The notes: a model not told the origin generated them from the letters alone. 64,000 nucleotides of DNA from Macrostomum hystrix (GCA_950097015.1 CATNEN010000038.1:32426001-32490000); one strand, 5' to 3'; positions 11,940 to 25,902 are shown, counted from the first letter of the stretch. Made by a program: numbers and translations.

Positions 11940-13404
11940 TCACTGAGTTGTTCTCTTGCTGCTGTCAGACGAAGAGAACTTGACTTTCTTGTGACGCAGA
12001 CAGGGAAACAGAAAGGTGTAGAATCGAGTCGAAAATCCGGCAATGAACAACGAGTTCATGTAGTACGGGATGGTGAACAAGAAGCCACCAAGTCTATCTG
12101 AGACCACGTCTGAAACGCAATAGAGCATGGAGACAAGAGCACCTGAAATGTCACCAATGCATTCATCTAATTCACACAGAAGCCCAACTTACACGCAACC
12201 GGATCTACGGCAGCATCGACCAGAGTGCTGATTACGATCAGCAGGCGGGAGACGAAGAAACAGATTAGCAGAGTCACGTTCATTCCCAGCAGCTTGGCTG
12301 TGGCGCGAATCTCCGTAGTTGCCACGCTGCTGTCCGACGAACCTGTCGCTCTTATTTGCAGTCTTCTCAGTCTGGACTCAAAAAGAACTATGATGATGAG
12401 AATGGCGGCAACTAGATTGAGAAGGCAGATAATAAAGGCGATGGAAAGCATGAATAAAAAGCCGATCGTCTGTTGACCCCTGTCGGAGCTTACTGCGTAA
12501 TAAATCGGAAAAGGACAGAAACCTGACAAAACCTTGATCCCTAGCACAGTTTTCTGAATTTTAATATTAATTTCGGGTTCAGCCAGCAACACGCTCAGCA
12601 CAATGGAGACCGCCAGAGCGAGAAACGTTGCCAAACAGATCAAACCCGTGTCGCGACTCTTAGTCAGCTGAGCCTTGGCCTCGAGTGGATACTTGACGCT
12701 GTAGCAGCGAATCATCGAGCTGATAGTCAAGGCGATCGGAGACAGGTACATTGGGAAGTAGAGAAGTATGAAGAAAGCTTTGCACATCACTTGCTGTAAA
12801 AAAACATGTTCAGGGCTTCGTAGGCCCCACATCAGTAGGGACAGATCTTGACCAGGTCCTTGGTTTACATTTGGATTCGCTTTGTAAAAATCAACAATGA
12901 GTAACTCGTAGATGCGATATAAGGAACCCACAATGTCCGCCCCGACGACAATGGAAAACCACTTGCGAGCAGAATTGGAGAATCCGGTGTTGCCGCGGAC
13001 CAGGAAGACTAGAGTGAGGATCTGGAGGAGCAGACCCAGTGGATATCCCGATGCTCTGATAATCCCTTCGCAAAACTTGGCCGTGTCAGTAGCTTCAGCT
13101 CTCAGCAGAAACATGTAGAGCGAGTAAAGTCTTCCGGGTGGGAGGCTGTAGTTATACTGCCGACCTATGACAGCTGCGAACTCTGAAATGCGATTAAGAT
13201 CTCCTGGTGTCACTAATGTATAATTTGTAAAGTGATCTCATTGCAGATTTAAAAGCTCCTTCTTTTTTTGAAAAAATGAGGAACCTTGCCACCAGATTAG
13301 TGAAAACATTTCAATAGCTTATTTATGCAATTGGTTGTCAACAAGTTGCAAAAGACTAAGCCCTCACCGTCAAAATTAGCGAAGCTGGAATACTTGATAG
13401 ACAT
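11940..13404 (-). CDS. Orphan rhodopsin-like 7TM receptor, paralogue 2; exons 13404-13368, 13203-12193, 12109-11940 (405 aa)
   Basis: Tandem duplicate of paralogue 1 with identical exon lengths (37/1011/170 nt), canonical splice sites and N-terminus MSIKYSSFANFDG-DLNRISEF. Confidence 0.9.
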
Positions 13405-13879
13405 ATCTCTGCGCAGTTTGGAAACTAATCGGTGTTTGGGTTGCTCCGATAAGGCAGTAAAGACGTCAGATCATACCTCTCTCACCTGTCAATTTAGATT
13501 CTTATGGCGGCGTTCAATAGTGGCTTAAATAGTCTAGAAACATGTTCTGCCGCTTTATCAAAGTGACGTCAGCATTTCTTGCTGCCTAACTGAAGTAGAT
13601 CAAAGCTTTACGTTGCTCGATTGATGCGTGAAGAGACGAATCACATCTTTTATGAAGCCCGTGGTTGTTGTCCTTGATTTTATTTTTGCATCAGCAATGA
13701 TAATGCTGTCGAAAAAATAGAATAGTCAACATATAATCGTAGCAAACGTTTTTGTTTTTAATGGAATGATTTCTTCTAGAAAAGCTTTGAAGCCTAGAAT
13801 CTAGAATTTACAAAGAGTGAGTCTAAAATATTGTATTTTTTGGCGAAATAAGGTAGAGGAAGGTTTTCCGATAATCCGA

Positions 13880-14230
13880 TAAATACGCTTAGCTGGCATA
13901 ATCATGGTGGCATACTTAGTAGGAGCAGGCTGAATGATAGTTCCGGTTTGCAAGTCGGGAATTTTATCGGTGATCCGCTGCCTAAGGCATACGTTGCACT
14001 GCATGCTAGAAGAGGCTCGCATTCCCCAATCGAACGTCCGTCGTCTGCATCAATTCGTAGATTTGCTGATTCGATGTCGAGGTGAGTTGTTCCAACCATC
14101 CTGCGCGCGTACCGTGTGCCTGAGAGGAGCTGGTGACGGCTGTGATGACCCGACCACGGCGGCAGTTGTAACGCCAGATGAGTTGTCTGACTTTTTTGAC
14201 ACGTCCTTTCCTGTTTTCTGCTGGACAAGC
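13880..14230 (-). mobile_element. Possible degenerate Penelope-like endonuclease C-terminal remnant
   Basis: Minus-strand pieces SSMQCNVCLR and KFPTCKPELS resemble the Penelope C-terminal CxLCL..EK..I..KPELS motif; heavily decayed. Confidence 0.3.
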
Positions 14231-14559
14231 TGAGGGTCACGGCAGCTGTTGTCCGGCTGTCTGTGAGCGCACAGAAAACGACGGTGCTGGCGGTCCCAAC
14301 GGACCTATTGGCTGTGATCCGCTGTCGTGACTCAAGCGGGCAGGTGGCTCTGGTACCTCGCTGCGCGGAACCGAGAGGGCCTTGTTCCAAGCGTGCAGGA
14401 TGACATTGCACGACGCAGAGCACTTATCTGGGGAGCTTTCCGTTTCATGCTGTCCCGAGCGCTTCCAGACCGGCTGAGGGTGCGGTCGTACCAGACCGGC
14501 TGAGGGTGCTGTCGTACCAGACCGTGAAAGAGACCGCGTGCTCCTTCCTATACAACATC

Positions 14560-14730
14560 CACACGTGGACCCTAAGAGACTCTCAGGAGCGGAACTACCG
14601 TCACCAAAATTAATAACTACCCTGAGCTTTACCAACGCCTGCAAAGCATGCATCCGGCGCCTGCAGCTGGCCGGCCACGTCATCCGAGTGAACCAGCGCT
14701 GCCCAGAGCCCTGCCCATGCAGCCCCAGCT
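14560..14730 (+). mobile_element. RTE-like LINE 3' fragment
   Basis: RRLQLAGHVIRVNQRCPEP matches RLRLAGHVIRAEPYCPEP of the RTE copy near 17.1 kb. Confidence 0.65.
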
Positions 14731-14739
14731 GAAGTCTAC

Positions 14740-15830
14740 GCATTTCAAGGCCAAACAGTCTTGAACGACATGTGTGATGGTCGCCTCCGCCTCGCCTCAC
14801 TCCTGCCGCGAATGCGGAGCGGGTTGGCTTCCAGTGCCCCGTGCTCACGGATGCTATCTTTGCTGCTCTGCCAGTCTAGCCCTTTGCTCTGGGACTGAGC
14901 CATCGTGGCCTAGAGTCGGCGCTTGATCACGCCCGCGGTGACTTGTGCTTTTACCTGATTCAGCTACGTGGCTGCTCCGGCCGCGTTGCAGCAGCGTTGC
15001 TGCCCTCGAGCCCACAGTCGGCGGGCATCCGGGTCAGGGCCGCGTTTTTCTGTGCGTTCTGGGGGGGGCGGACAGTCGGCTGTCTCCTGATGCGGATTGC
15101 CGGCGGGTTACGAGTTACGGCCCCCCCACCGGGAGGGAGGCCGTGTGAAGCAGTTCCGATGTCTCACCTTGCTGATCTCAACTCATGGTGAATTCTTGGT
15201 CACCCCACTGATGGCAGTGCTGCGCCAGCTGCTCCAGAGCGGGCAGTCTGTGATCGCCACGGTGTGGGGAATTTCCGCCAGGCCACCGGCAGCAATTAGT
15301 CCAGTTTTGCAGAGCCTCTCACGAAGGGGTTGGAGGTCCTGCAGTAAGGCTCTCCCATCTGAGTACATCCAGCTTTTGTCAAATTAAGCCGCAAAGCGAT
15401 GGGGTCCAGGCGCAGGCACCGTAAATTTTTCACTACGGATGGTGGCGATGTTCGTGTTTCGGATCAGGTGGAGATGCCAGCCCAAATTACTTCTGGTGAG
15501 CTTCCTGGGGATGTTCAGGTTTCGCCTGCAGCAGGCTATGACCTACATGGCATGCCAGTCGAAGTAGAGACCTCTGTCTTACAACTTCGGGTGGTCGATC
15601 GACTGGATAGTCGAGCCATTGATGGTGACCGGGTGCTCGCCACTGGGTTTTTGCTAAAGAGTGTCATCGTGTACTTGCCGACCAATACTGGGAGCAGCCG
15701 TTCTTCGTTTAAGCTTACATGTTCCTGCTCCCTGTCGCTGAACCTTGATCGCTGCTTCCACTTTGCGGTGGCAGGACCTAGTCGCCAGGTCATTCATCGT
15801 AGCCGCTGACTTGCAGGCCGTCCACCTCTT
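14740..15830 (-). mobile_element. Degenerate I/Ingi-like LINE (RT palm/thumb + RNase H remnant)
   Basis: Minus-strand pieces GY-DDLA...KVEAAIKVQ, PVTINGSTIQSIDHPKL, RRNLNIPRKLTRSNLGW...IATIRS, MPADCGLEGSNAA, TGHW, ITHVVQDCLAL. Confidence 0.65.
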
Positions 15831-16867
15831 CGAGCTGGCGAATTAAGGTAATGAAGATAACGAACAGTGCCTGCGACAGTACGGATCAATGGGGAAGGCC
15901 TTGTTGGAAGTTTTTGCGGCGGTTCTCAACTCTTCCGATGCGGACGCATGCCCACCGGTTGGCGAGCCACGACTGGATCCATCTGATTATGCTCCGATGC
16001 CGGCGCTGTTAACTTGTATTGCATGCCGTTTCAACAAATTTTGTCGAACGCACGTTTGAAGTCGAAGAGCGCGCCATAATAGCCGATTCCCCACTATTAG
16101 CATAGATGCTCCGGCTTGGCCGGTTTAATGTTACAGGATATAGTGATGTTCCGAAATGTTTGTGAAATGCTTGGCTTTTTAGGAATTAAAAATACTTCGG
16201 GTGTCACACACAGCTATAATGTCTGAGACTAGTATAGTGGCTAGTATGACAAAACACTTGTCGACTAACAAGTTATCGAGACAAAAGTATTCGCATTTTT
16301 GTGCTTGATACTGTGACACTGAATCGTATTCAAGCTCTTAAATTGTTTCATTAACTGGTGCAGACAAAAAGTCCAATTCAAACAGTTGTTACATTATTAA
16401 TCGTTACTATATATATTAGTTAATATAGACTAATTAGACTAAGAGTTATTATAGATATTATAGTCAATAGCATGAAACGGAACGCCGGAAAATTCAAACG
16501 CTTTTTGAAAATTAGCTAATTCAATTTGAGATGTCAGGATCATTACTTTAACCAGCGTCGGACCGCCGAGTGTAATATTTCACCCTGTGAAGCTACAACA
16601 GCGACGTTGCAGTGCTCCAACAACATGTACACGTCTCGTTGTAGTGAGCCCTATAAATGCCTCTTCAAGACCTCGCAACCATGCATGCCATGGGCTTCGT
16701 CCTTGACCTTGCAATGGTTATTGAACACGCGCATGAAGCTGTATAGTTTTAGGCCCGTGTAAGAAGTGTGAAAATAGCCTAGACAAACCTACTGGAGCGT
16801 CGAAAGGTGTTGCACTATAGCTGTTTTTACACTGGGGTCAGTGTCCTCGATCCTATTCAGTCAATAG

Positions 16868-17792
16868 TAACCAACTAGCTAGCTAACTAACTAACTAACT
16901 AAACGCAGCTCCACCGGCCACGAGTGGCCCAGAGGTGAGGGGGAGCGTCAGATCGCACGTCTGAGGGCCAGCGATGGAAAACCGCGTCACGGTGTCCGCT
17001 TGGTCGGGGGCGTCCATCAGCAGCCGGTCGATGTAGCAAGCCGTGCGACCCTGCCCACGCCTGCGCGGTCCCTGCCGCGTCAGCAGCAGAACGTCCTGCA
17101 GCGGCTCAGGGCAGTAGGGTTCCGCCCGAATCACGTGCCCGGCCAGCCGCAGCCGCCGCTGACTCAGCAGGTCAGAAGGCCGCGTCAGGCGCGCTCGCTT
17201 GTTCAGGGCTCTGGTCGACTCGCAGCCGGGGCCGCAGCGGGAACCGAACGCGGTGCGAAGCAGAGCCGTGTGCGCCGCGTCGAGTTGCCTCTCGAGCGTT
17301 TCGGTCAGCGTTCAGGTCTCAGCGTTATACAGCAAGGCGGGCTCCACGACCGCCGCGAAGAGCTGTGATCTGGCGCTGTCGTCGTGCGCCTCAAAGAGCA
17401 GCACAGTCCGCACAGACTGAAATGCGGCCTAGGCCTTGCCGCACCTTCTCGCGAAGTCGTCCTTCACGTCCGGCACGAGTCCGCCGAGGTCGACAAACTG
17501 GGCAGCACTTCGGGAGCGGAGTCCTGCGGTAGTCAGCGTCTCGAAGCAGAATCTCGGCGGGCAGAGTGTGCGGCACTGTCAGCACTTCGTACTTCTGTGC
17601 GTTCACCACGAGGCCAACCCTTGCTGCAGCCGCAGCCAGGCCGTCCAGCAGCCGTTGGGCCCTTTCGGCTGTCGACGACAGCAGGGCGAGGTCGTCCGCG
17701 TAGCCGAGCGCGCAGAGCCGTTTCTCGGGGTGCCGTCGGCTTGTGCACCTGCACAACAGGAAGCCGTCCTCCACAGTCGGCAGGCCGGTCAA
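16868..17792 (-). mobile_element. 5'-truncated RTE-clade LINE with (TAGT)n tail
   Basis: LGYADDLALL...VGLVVNAQK RT motifs, RLAGHVIRAEPYCPEP, and a 3' tail reading (ACTA)n on + at 16871-16902. Confidence 0.88.
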
Positions 17793-20700
17793 TTAGTAGC
17801 AGCGGCTAAAATGATATGTTCGGATGGTGCGCCGTTCCAAACGGAATTCCTAATAGAAAAATAACAACGAAAATTTGAATCCCTATTAATTAAAATGTTG
17901 ATTTAATTATTTTGCTCGATTAATTAACTTTAAGCCTCTTACTTTAAATCTGAGTTTACTAACTAAACTTACGTTCTTCGCTGATTTACAGAATACGGAA
18001 AATGAACAAACTCGTCAATTTAAATACGCGGGACACTAGCAAGATATAATACGCGCGCATACAAGTAGAGGAGAGGTTATGAGGATAGAGGAGGTAAATG
18101 ACCATATAGAACTTATAAGAAGTAGTATATGATTATTCCTAAGCTGGCCCAATTCCGAGCCTATACACTGCAATTGAGGCCACCAATGGTCTGCGCGGTT
18201 TCTGCGAAGGTCCGACAAATCCTATGGGGTACCTCTCCTTTGTCAAACGGCGAGATCCTCGGATCGAGGTCGCGTACTCAACAGAACCACCAGTGCAGTG
18301 CTTATCAGACCGCGCTCGTCGATAACAATCCGTCTAGACGACCAGCGCCGATTGAATGTTTCGACAGCGAGCTAAGACTACTGCGGCCGGGCAGGGGAAT
18401 GAATAAGGGAATAAATCGGGATAATCACACACTTACAATGCGCGGCTTCACACAATACTTACCGAGGAAATAATTGAGCGGAACAGAGTTCATGAAACAG
18501 ACGGACGGACGAAGGAAGGGAAGGGTGAGTGATCGAGTGGCGTTTTACAGTCACAAAAATACATAAGATCAAGCGGCCTGACTGGGGTCATGATTGTCCA
18601 GTCGTTCGGGGCAGACAAAACACAGCAGCTGTGGTGGCTATAGCTCGTGAGCCGTGGGGTGCCCTGAACCGGGGCAGACTGGAAACTGTTTCCCTCACGC
18701 ACGCTTATAGGTCGGCCGGTACATCAGCACAGGGGTAGATTTTTGGGATGGCTCGCCTGGTTGGCGCATGGGACGGGTAAGCTCATGAGTTATATTAATG
18801 AATTGATGGGTGCCCAGACAGACAACAACGATGATACGGTACTGTCTAACTTTAGCGCTGAAAAAATATACTAGTTCTAAAAATAGCATGAACAAAAACA
18901 CTGACCTAGCTTCAACATAACACTATAGGGTAAAAAACGCTCAAACTACACTAAAAATATAAAATGGGTTTCGCAAACTCAGACATTTTTTGAGAATGCT
19001 TCTTCTCATATGCAGAGTATATTAATTTAGGTGAAAGCGATCCGGAAAAAATAAAATGGGAATAAAAATTGTCTATGTAATGGTTCATATTTCATGAAAG
19101 CTTGATAATTAATTGATTGAACATCTTTAGAAAACAATACGCACTCCGAACAAAAATACCAAAAAATAAGAACTCGTCATTACTCTGGTATTTTGAGAAC
19201 TCGTTTTTCTGAGAAGTTTCTCAGAAATACGTTTCTCCGAGTAAAAAGAACGTAAAAATGCTAATTTAATTATTAAACTAGCTATGCCTTTATTATAATT
19301 CATAATACACATTGAGTCGTCAATTTGTGTGCATATATATATATATATATTTACTTCTAATCAAAATCTGCCATTCTCTGTTATGTAAAGTCTCTCACAA
19401 AATTATTTTTTAATCATTGTGCTTGTGCCTTGGCCCTTGGACATTGTAGCTTTTGCATAGTTCTAGATTGTAATTTGTTCTTGTTGTTTTTGAACCTAGT
19501 TAATCGTAAAGTACACAGAGTCATGATACTGTCTCTAATGGAATTGGCCAATAGGCTTTCTGTGTCCTACTTTGGTACACTAATTTTTATCATCTTTGTT
19601 AACATTTTAATCATATTTCTTCTTAAATATGACATTCCCTTTGACTTTAAATGCTGTTCCAGATAAATTTCAAATCTTGCAATCCTGTTTGTAACTATCA
19701 GTTCTTCTTAACTGACCCTTTTTAACTGCTTTAATTACCTTAGCCTTGTGCTTGACTAGCCATTAGGCCTATCCTTTTATTATGATATCCACACAGAATT
19801 ATTTAAGACTGTTTTTTCAAGGCTAATGTTTTAAAGTAGGCCTAGTGGCTAGCTTAAGACAAGTTTAAGTGTTAGGCCTAGCTGTAGCTAGCATATAGCT
19901 AGCAATCTAGCTTTTTACATTACACTTCATTCACCACCTTCTGCTTTTTGCTAATGCTTGCACCATTGAGGCCTTGAGTCTTGACTATTGAAAATCAAAA
20001 TACAGGTTTTGTTCAGGCTGTGCCACCACACAGGTCAACAAGCAAGCATTTTTATGGCAATACTTTTTGCCCTGAACTGTGCCAATAACTGGTAATATGG
20101 TACCATGACAATAAAGCCGAATTATTGACATAAAATACTTTGACAAGAATGAATAAGAAGTCAGCTCCAGTTCTCATTTTGTAATATGTTAAAATTGATT
20201 TAATGCATTGAAATATAATTGTGATCAACCTTAACTTAAGTGCATTTAGACAAAATATAATCATAAAAAATGAATTGGTTGTTACCTGATTCATTTCAAA
20301 CTTGTCTTATGTAAAGGGCCCTCATTGGCCAAATTAAACTAGCGCGCAAAATATTTTTATAATATTCTTTTATATGCTACAAATATCTAAACATAATCTT
20401 TGTTTTTACTCCACTGAAATATACTGCGAGTATTCAATAGGATTTTTGTATAAATACAGAGGGGTTTTCATATAGAAAGCTAACCATTTGGTCTGCCATT
20501 AAATTGGAGCTTAAACAGTTCAGTCTCTTTATGAGCATACTCAAAAAAGCCTTACTTATTTCTAAGTGAGTGGAAACCATTAAAACCGATCCGGGAAAAG
20601 CCCAAGTACAGACTGGCCAGAGCACCTGAATTATCTGACTAAATTGTCTGAAATACCCAAGAGCAGTGTCTCCAGAATTGCCTAGATTTAGTATCTAGAA

Positions 20701-21228
20701 CACTACTGGCAGAAGGCCAGAACTATAGTGTTGAGAGCCACACTACCCAAACTATCAGTAGTTTGAATCAATCCACCCAACAGGGGTGCGGTATAATGAT
20801 TCTATAGGTCACTTTAAGTGACTGAAAACAATAAGTAAGGAGGTTAAGCCAACCACTTGCATTATGCATTACTAAGAGGAGAAGTTGAATTATTAGGAAA
20901 AGTGCAATAGAGAAGAAGCACTACAACACTTGTGATTTTAATTTTTTTAAGATATTAAAATTATAATATTTTACGTCTTTTTTATATTTCCTTCAATCAA
21001 TTTGGTTAATACATTATTCAGCTTCAGTTATTAGCTTAAGTAAGTATCAAAACATTAACCAGGTCTTGAAATTCTTACTCTATTTCCTCGAACATGCAAT
21101 ACCTGATATATTAGTTGTAGCTTGTCTGACTTAATGTTTTCTAGTAGCTTAATATTGACAATTTAAGATCAATGTCAAACAGACACATAGTGTCAGCAGA
21201 TTGCAAACTGAAGTCATAAATCTTGCAG

Positions 21229-22076
21229 GCATTAACACGTCAAGCTCGACTGAGCCTGTTCTGGTCAGGCGCACTGGCCATCCTAGTGTTCCTGCTGCGA
21301 AGGCGACTTAAAAAGTCATGGCGCAATCTGGCATCAATTCTTGGTGGGCCCACAGTTCACGAACTGTTTGCCAAGATTTGTTCCATGGCTGTGGCCCAGC
21401 GTGAGGCTGGCGAGAAGTTGGCTCATGCACAGAGCAGGTAAAATAGTTGCCACTGCACTGCAGAATACTGAAGTTTAATTAGACAAAAACTGAAATCCCT
21501 CATCTGTAATAAAAGACTAGTGGCAGTGCAGGGGAAGGACAGCTTCCCCAGTCATTGCCCAGTCATTGGAGGGAGGGCAGATAGTCAACCTACTGCCCTT
21601 GTTTATGCGACTTGCCACCAAGAAGAATTTGTGTTGTTCGTTTGTATGAAAATTTTGCCCAAGAAATTTAGTATTCTGTTCATAAATTTCTACTTTTTAT
21701 AAAGTTGTTCATAATTTGTTTTTATAAGCCTAATACCAGTTCTTCCCACTTTTCATTTCCAAAGTAAAAAATAATACCAAATAAAATATTAATCAATCGT
21801 AGAGCACTCTCTACCTCTTAGTATTTAAAAGTCCTGACATGACCTCAGATATGACCATCAGTCCTATCGTCACTTCACAGATTGGACCAAGTAGCCAACA
21901 TGCTGAGCTTCGTCGAAGGCGAACAGGCCAAGACCAGACAGGCTGTTGAATCGGTTCAACGTCTGCTATTGTCCCGCGAGGATATGCTGCGGCTGGGAGA
22001 ACCATCTGTGCCCAACTGGCAGCAGCAGCAGCAGCAGCAGCAACCACCTGCCTCCAATGAGGATGCTCACGATTGA
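21229..22076 (+). CDS. 3' two exons (21229-21437, 21881-22076) of an unknown gene: TM helix, coiled-coil-like segment, polyQ
   Basis: tcttgcag| acceptor, AG|gtaaaa donor and ttcacag|A acceptor join in frame (AQS-R-LDQVANM...QQQQQQQQPPASNEDAHD*); both exons are GC-rich islands in AT-rich DNA; 5' exons not resolved. Confidence 0.55.
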
Positions 22077-23034
22077 CGCTAGAAAATCCAATTTAACTGC
22101 CATGATGTACGGCCAATCAGTAGGATTGCATCAAATTTTACTTTAAACTTAATTTCTGTCTCCTTGTCACTAGGCTATTTTAATGATTCAGAAGCATGAG
22201 TATTTTGATTTTTGTTGATCAGTGCTTTAAAATTTGTTAAAACAGGGTAATATTTATAATGTGTATTAAAAAACTATGATAGTTTTTTCGGTAATCAACA
22301 AATGTCGATTGTATTAACTTATAAATGCAAGTTGTCTTGCATGACAAACTTGCATGAATTTTGTCTATCCAATTCGCAGATGTTTCGATGCCTTAAAAAG
22401 CTATTGTAAATTTAGCTATCAGTTAGAGTAATAAGACGGGTAAGTAGAAACAAATTGTGCAAAATAAACTCAAGCGTTAATTACAATTCATTACTAATTT
22501 GTACTTTTTACACTTCCATGTGCTCAAATGAAATAAGTGTTGTTAACTTCGCTATTTATTCGAAAAAACGTATTTTCGAACTTACATTCCAGCATGCTTA
22601 AATGCAAAATTTCAAGAAAATAACGATTTTTGTCAATTGCACGGTGTTTTCAGTTAACTATACTTTGAGCGTAGATCGCAATGAACTAAAGTAACTAGTA
22701 ATTTCAATGTTTTTAACGAAACATGCTTTTTTCAAAGTACAATTATTCGCATATACGCGTTAACCTTCGAAATATTTTTCAAAGGCGCAATCCTAATTAG
22801 CGACTAGAAACTAGAAGAAAATGGTAGACCCTGGGCTGAGTCCCTGAGCTTGAATCCACGGTGAGGCCACATTATTTGGGGCGGAGCCGCGGAGAGAATG
22901 CCTGAATTAGGATTGTGGTGCAATTTATCATGAGTCGAGCCTTAATCCCACCCCGTGGAGGGCCAAATTCAACAGAGAAGTGGCGCCCTGGGCTGTTGTG
23001 ATTGGCGTCTTGATAGCAGATGCAGATTGGAAAG

Positions 23035-23900
23035 TCAGTAGGCACGGTCAGAACTTTGGTTTTTTCGAGCGTTGATTTGCATCCAGACCCTCGCGGCGGC
23101 CACCGTCAGGCCATGAGTAGCCGTTGAGCTCCTTGGGAAGTGGAAGCACGTTAACAGAGCTAGGTCTATCTTTGGCTTAGTTGAAAACTGCATGACAACC
23201 GCTTCTCTCCTGCCGGCTGCTTCTGCGCCTGCACAGCAGGACTCGGCACGACGTCGTCGGCACCCCCAGTCGAGCACCAGCACGAAAAGGAAAGGTGGCA
23301 GTGTGTCGGCACGTAAGCAGAGGTGGTGCATGTAGTGTGCGTACGCACGTGAGCCAGGCCCAGGTGTACACCTGGGTCGTTTGATTGGTTGCGGAGCGGG
23401 GTGGGTGCCGCCACCCCAGTTCTAGCTAATAATATATAGACGCGCGCTCAGCGTGGCAGTAAAGGTGAAGAGTTTTGGCTGCACACTAAAGATAGCCTCG
23501 GCCTTAGTTATTACAGTGCAGAAATCGTTGGAGGGGCCATCGGGGGTGATATCACAGCCTACACAAGGTGACAAGCGATTCCGGAACGGCCGCAGTCGTG
23601 ATTGCAGAGAAGCAGAAGTCTTGTTCGGACGGTAGAGATGTTCCAGCCTGGAGTGGCATGTTCGTAGGCAAGGGCGGTTGTGGGGTGTTGTGGCGGTTGT
23701 GGGAGAGAACGGAGTTCGTTTTTGGCGTTCTTCTGGTGATTCGCTACTCAGAACTGCGGCCGTTCTGCATTTCCTACCCGTCAGCGGGATTGATGGCGGT
23801 CCATTCAGTACCGGCCTTTCTGTCTGGTATGGCGGTGGTGATGATTTTCATAGCGGCGTGTGTCTACAGTCGCCTGTTGCTGTTAGTTGTTTGAAGACAG
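23035..23900 (-). mobile_element. Degenerate RTE-like LINE remnant
   Basis: Pieces WTAINP-LTGRKCRT...SESPEERQK, LPSEQDF, DTLPPFLFVLVLDW, DLALL, AAARVWMQINARK. Confidence 0.7.
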
Positions 23901-24539
23901 CTGCAAGAGCAGCCTGATTAACATTCACGCCTCGGCGTCGCTGACAAGCGAGCACTTTTCTGAGTTGCACACATCTGGATCGTCCATCCAGAGCGGCTGT
24001 GGGGCCTGCCGCCGCAGCAACGGCAGCGCGCGTTGCTTCTTCCAGAGCGACTTTAAATGCATTTGCGAAACGTACAGTAAATTTGGGATCGCGCAGACCG
24101 CGAGAAGGTGAAAAAAGTTGGACAGATTCATCGCCAAGTCGCAGTTTTGAAACTCATCGATCGATATTTTTAATCGGAAGAATTCAGTGTTTGAGCTATG
24201 TACGCACGCACTGAAGACGGTGGAAGCTTTACTGCCGTCAAGCTTTAGTATAAGGGACTTATAGCTATCAGGTAATATGCACGTAACAATTGGCACGCCT
24301 CTAACGTTGGGCGCGAACAAAGCTCTTGTGAAGGCTTTCGCAATCAATTTTTTCGCCAAAATACTCATGTTAACGCCCAGATCTGTGCTATTGTGCTATT
24401 AACACTGTTGTAAATAATTTTTGCGCCTGCCTAGATATAGCATATCTGCAGTGCTTCGGTTGCCTCATTCATGTAGAGCTTTTCGTGGTAGCTAACTCAG
24501 TGTTAACTAGAGCTTCGGAATTTTAAAGCAAGACTCTTA

Positions 24540-24730
24540 ATTCCCTTGTAAAGCTTCAGTTCACTAAGCTGCAGAATGTGTACAAGTGCCGGGAGTACTG
24601 GGCTAGAAATTTTGGTGGGTGTCGTCAACCGACTGAAAAGCCTTCACGTGCGTCGCACAATAGCTGCACGGCTGTGTGGTCGGCTGAGCATCTGGCCCAA
24701 TCGAAGCTGCAGATATTATCGACAAATTAA
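24540..24730 (+). mobile_element. SINE remnant (same family as 60772-61080)
   Basis: Shares TGCG.CGC.CAATAGCTGC..GGCTGTG...CGGCTG..CATCTGGCCCAAT 3' region with the SINE in receptor 6 intron 1. Confidence 0.6.
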
Positions 24731-25902
24731 TAAGCCACTCATAATATTGAAGTTATTTTCAAGTGTGTTTTCGTTTATTCTTTGACATTATGAACAGAGA
24801 ACTATAAGGATTCTATTTTTTTCATAAGACTTCTACCCTGAAAATCTATACGACGCTTCCTAAGTCTCCGAATCGAGCCGTGACGTGCCACTGACCCAGC
24901 TTTTAGTCGTATTTAGTTTCCGCTGCTGACTCAACAACTCTGTTAGTTGAATAACGATGCTATAGAAAAGGACCACGAGTATCATAAAAGATACATTAAT
25001 GTCGGAAATATTACATTAAGCGGAAATTCGCGCCAAGCAGACAATTTTCTGCTTTGTTTACACTATAGGAAGCTAAATTGCCAGTATTTAATATATATTT
25101 ATATGATTGAATATACTCGTATATTATAATCCTGCATACACGCCTAAATACGTACATAACGGAATTTTTTTCTCATCGTATGACGTGTTGTGTACATTAG
25201 ATGTTGACGCAGAAGTACCTACTTAGTAGAGCACAATTAAGGGCGCGGCTTGCTCTTGGACTCTTTTCTGACCATTTTTTACACCTGATTGAGAAAATAA
25301 TGCGAGCAAAAATGCACCAAAAAATAATTTCTGGTAAGGAAGCCGTGCAAATAAGCATGACAACATGAATAGCGTTTCATGTTCCAGACAGATAAAGTCA
25401 TACAGACTGCGGTCGAGTACGATAAAATTAAAAACAATTATCGAAGAATAGCAGAACCCAGGCAGTATAAGCACTAAGCCAAATGGAATAAAGAATGGGT
25501 ACATGAGCTTTATTGCACCAATCGCTGCACTGTACAATTAATTTCTGCTTTTGTGTTAATGATTTCTGCGCATTATTTTACGCCAAATTGAAGTCCAGGA
25601 TTACATATATATACATGTATTTACAATACATATATCGAACTATTGTATGTGTTCGAACACTTACACATTGTATGTGTGTGATATTTTGACTTAGGTCTCT
25701 CTTTACGTTGAGATTCCTAAATGAGGTCGGGTGTCCTACTCTTTGTGAGAGATTCTCTTTTCGCAACTCGAAATAACGAAGACAAGACGATTCAAATTCC
25801 AAGCTAAACAGCTGATATTAAAGTGTTAACCAGTAAATAAGAGAAAGCTATGATCACTGATCAATTCCCCTGGCAGCGCTCTTTTTGTCCCCTGCCAGGT
25901 AC

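Noticed and set aside
22788-22915. MITE with CAATCCTAATT/AATTAGGATTG inverted repeats
   Set aside because: Only ~11-bp inverted repeat, no TSD, single copy in the window.
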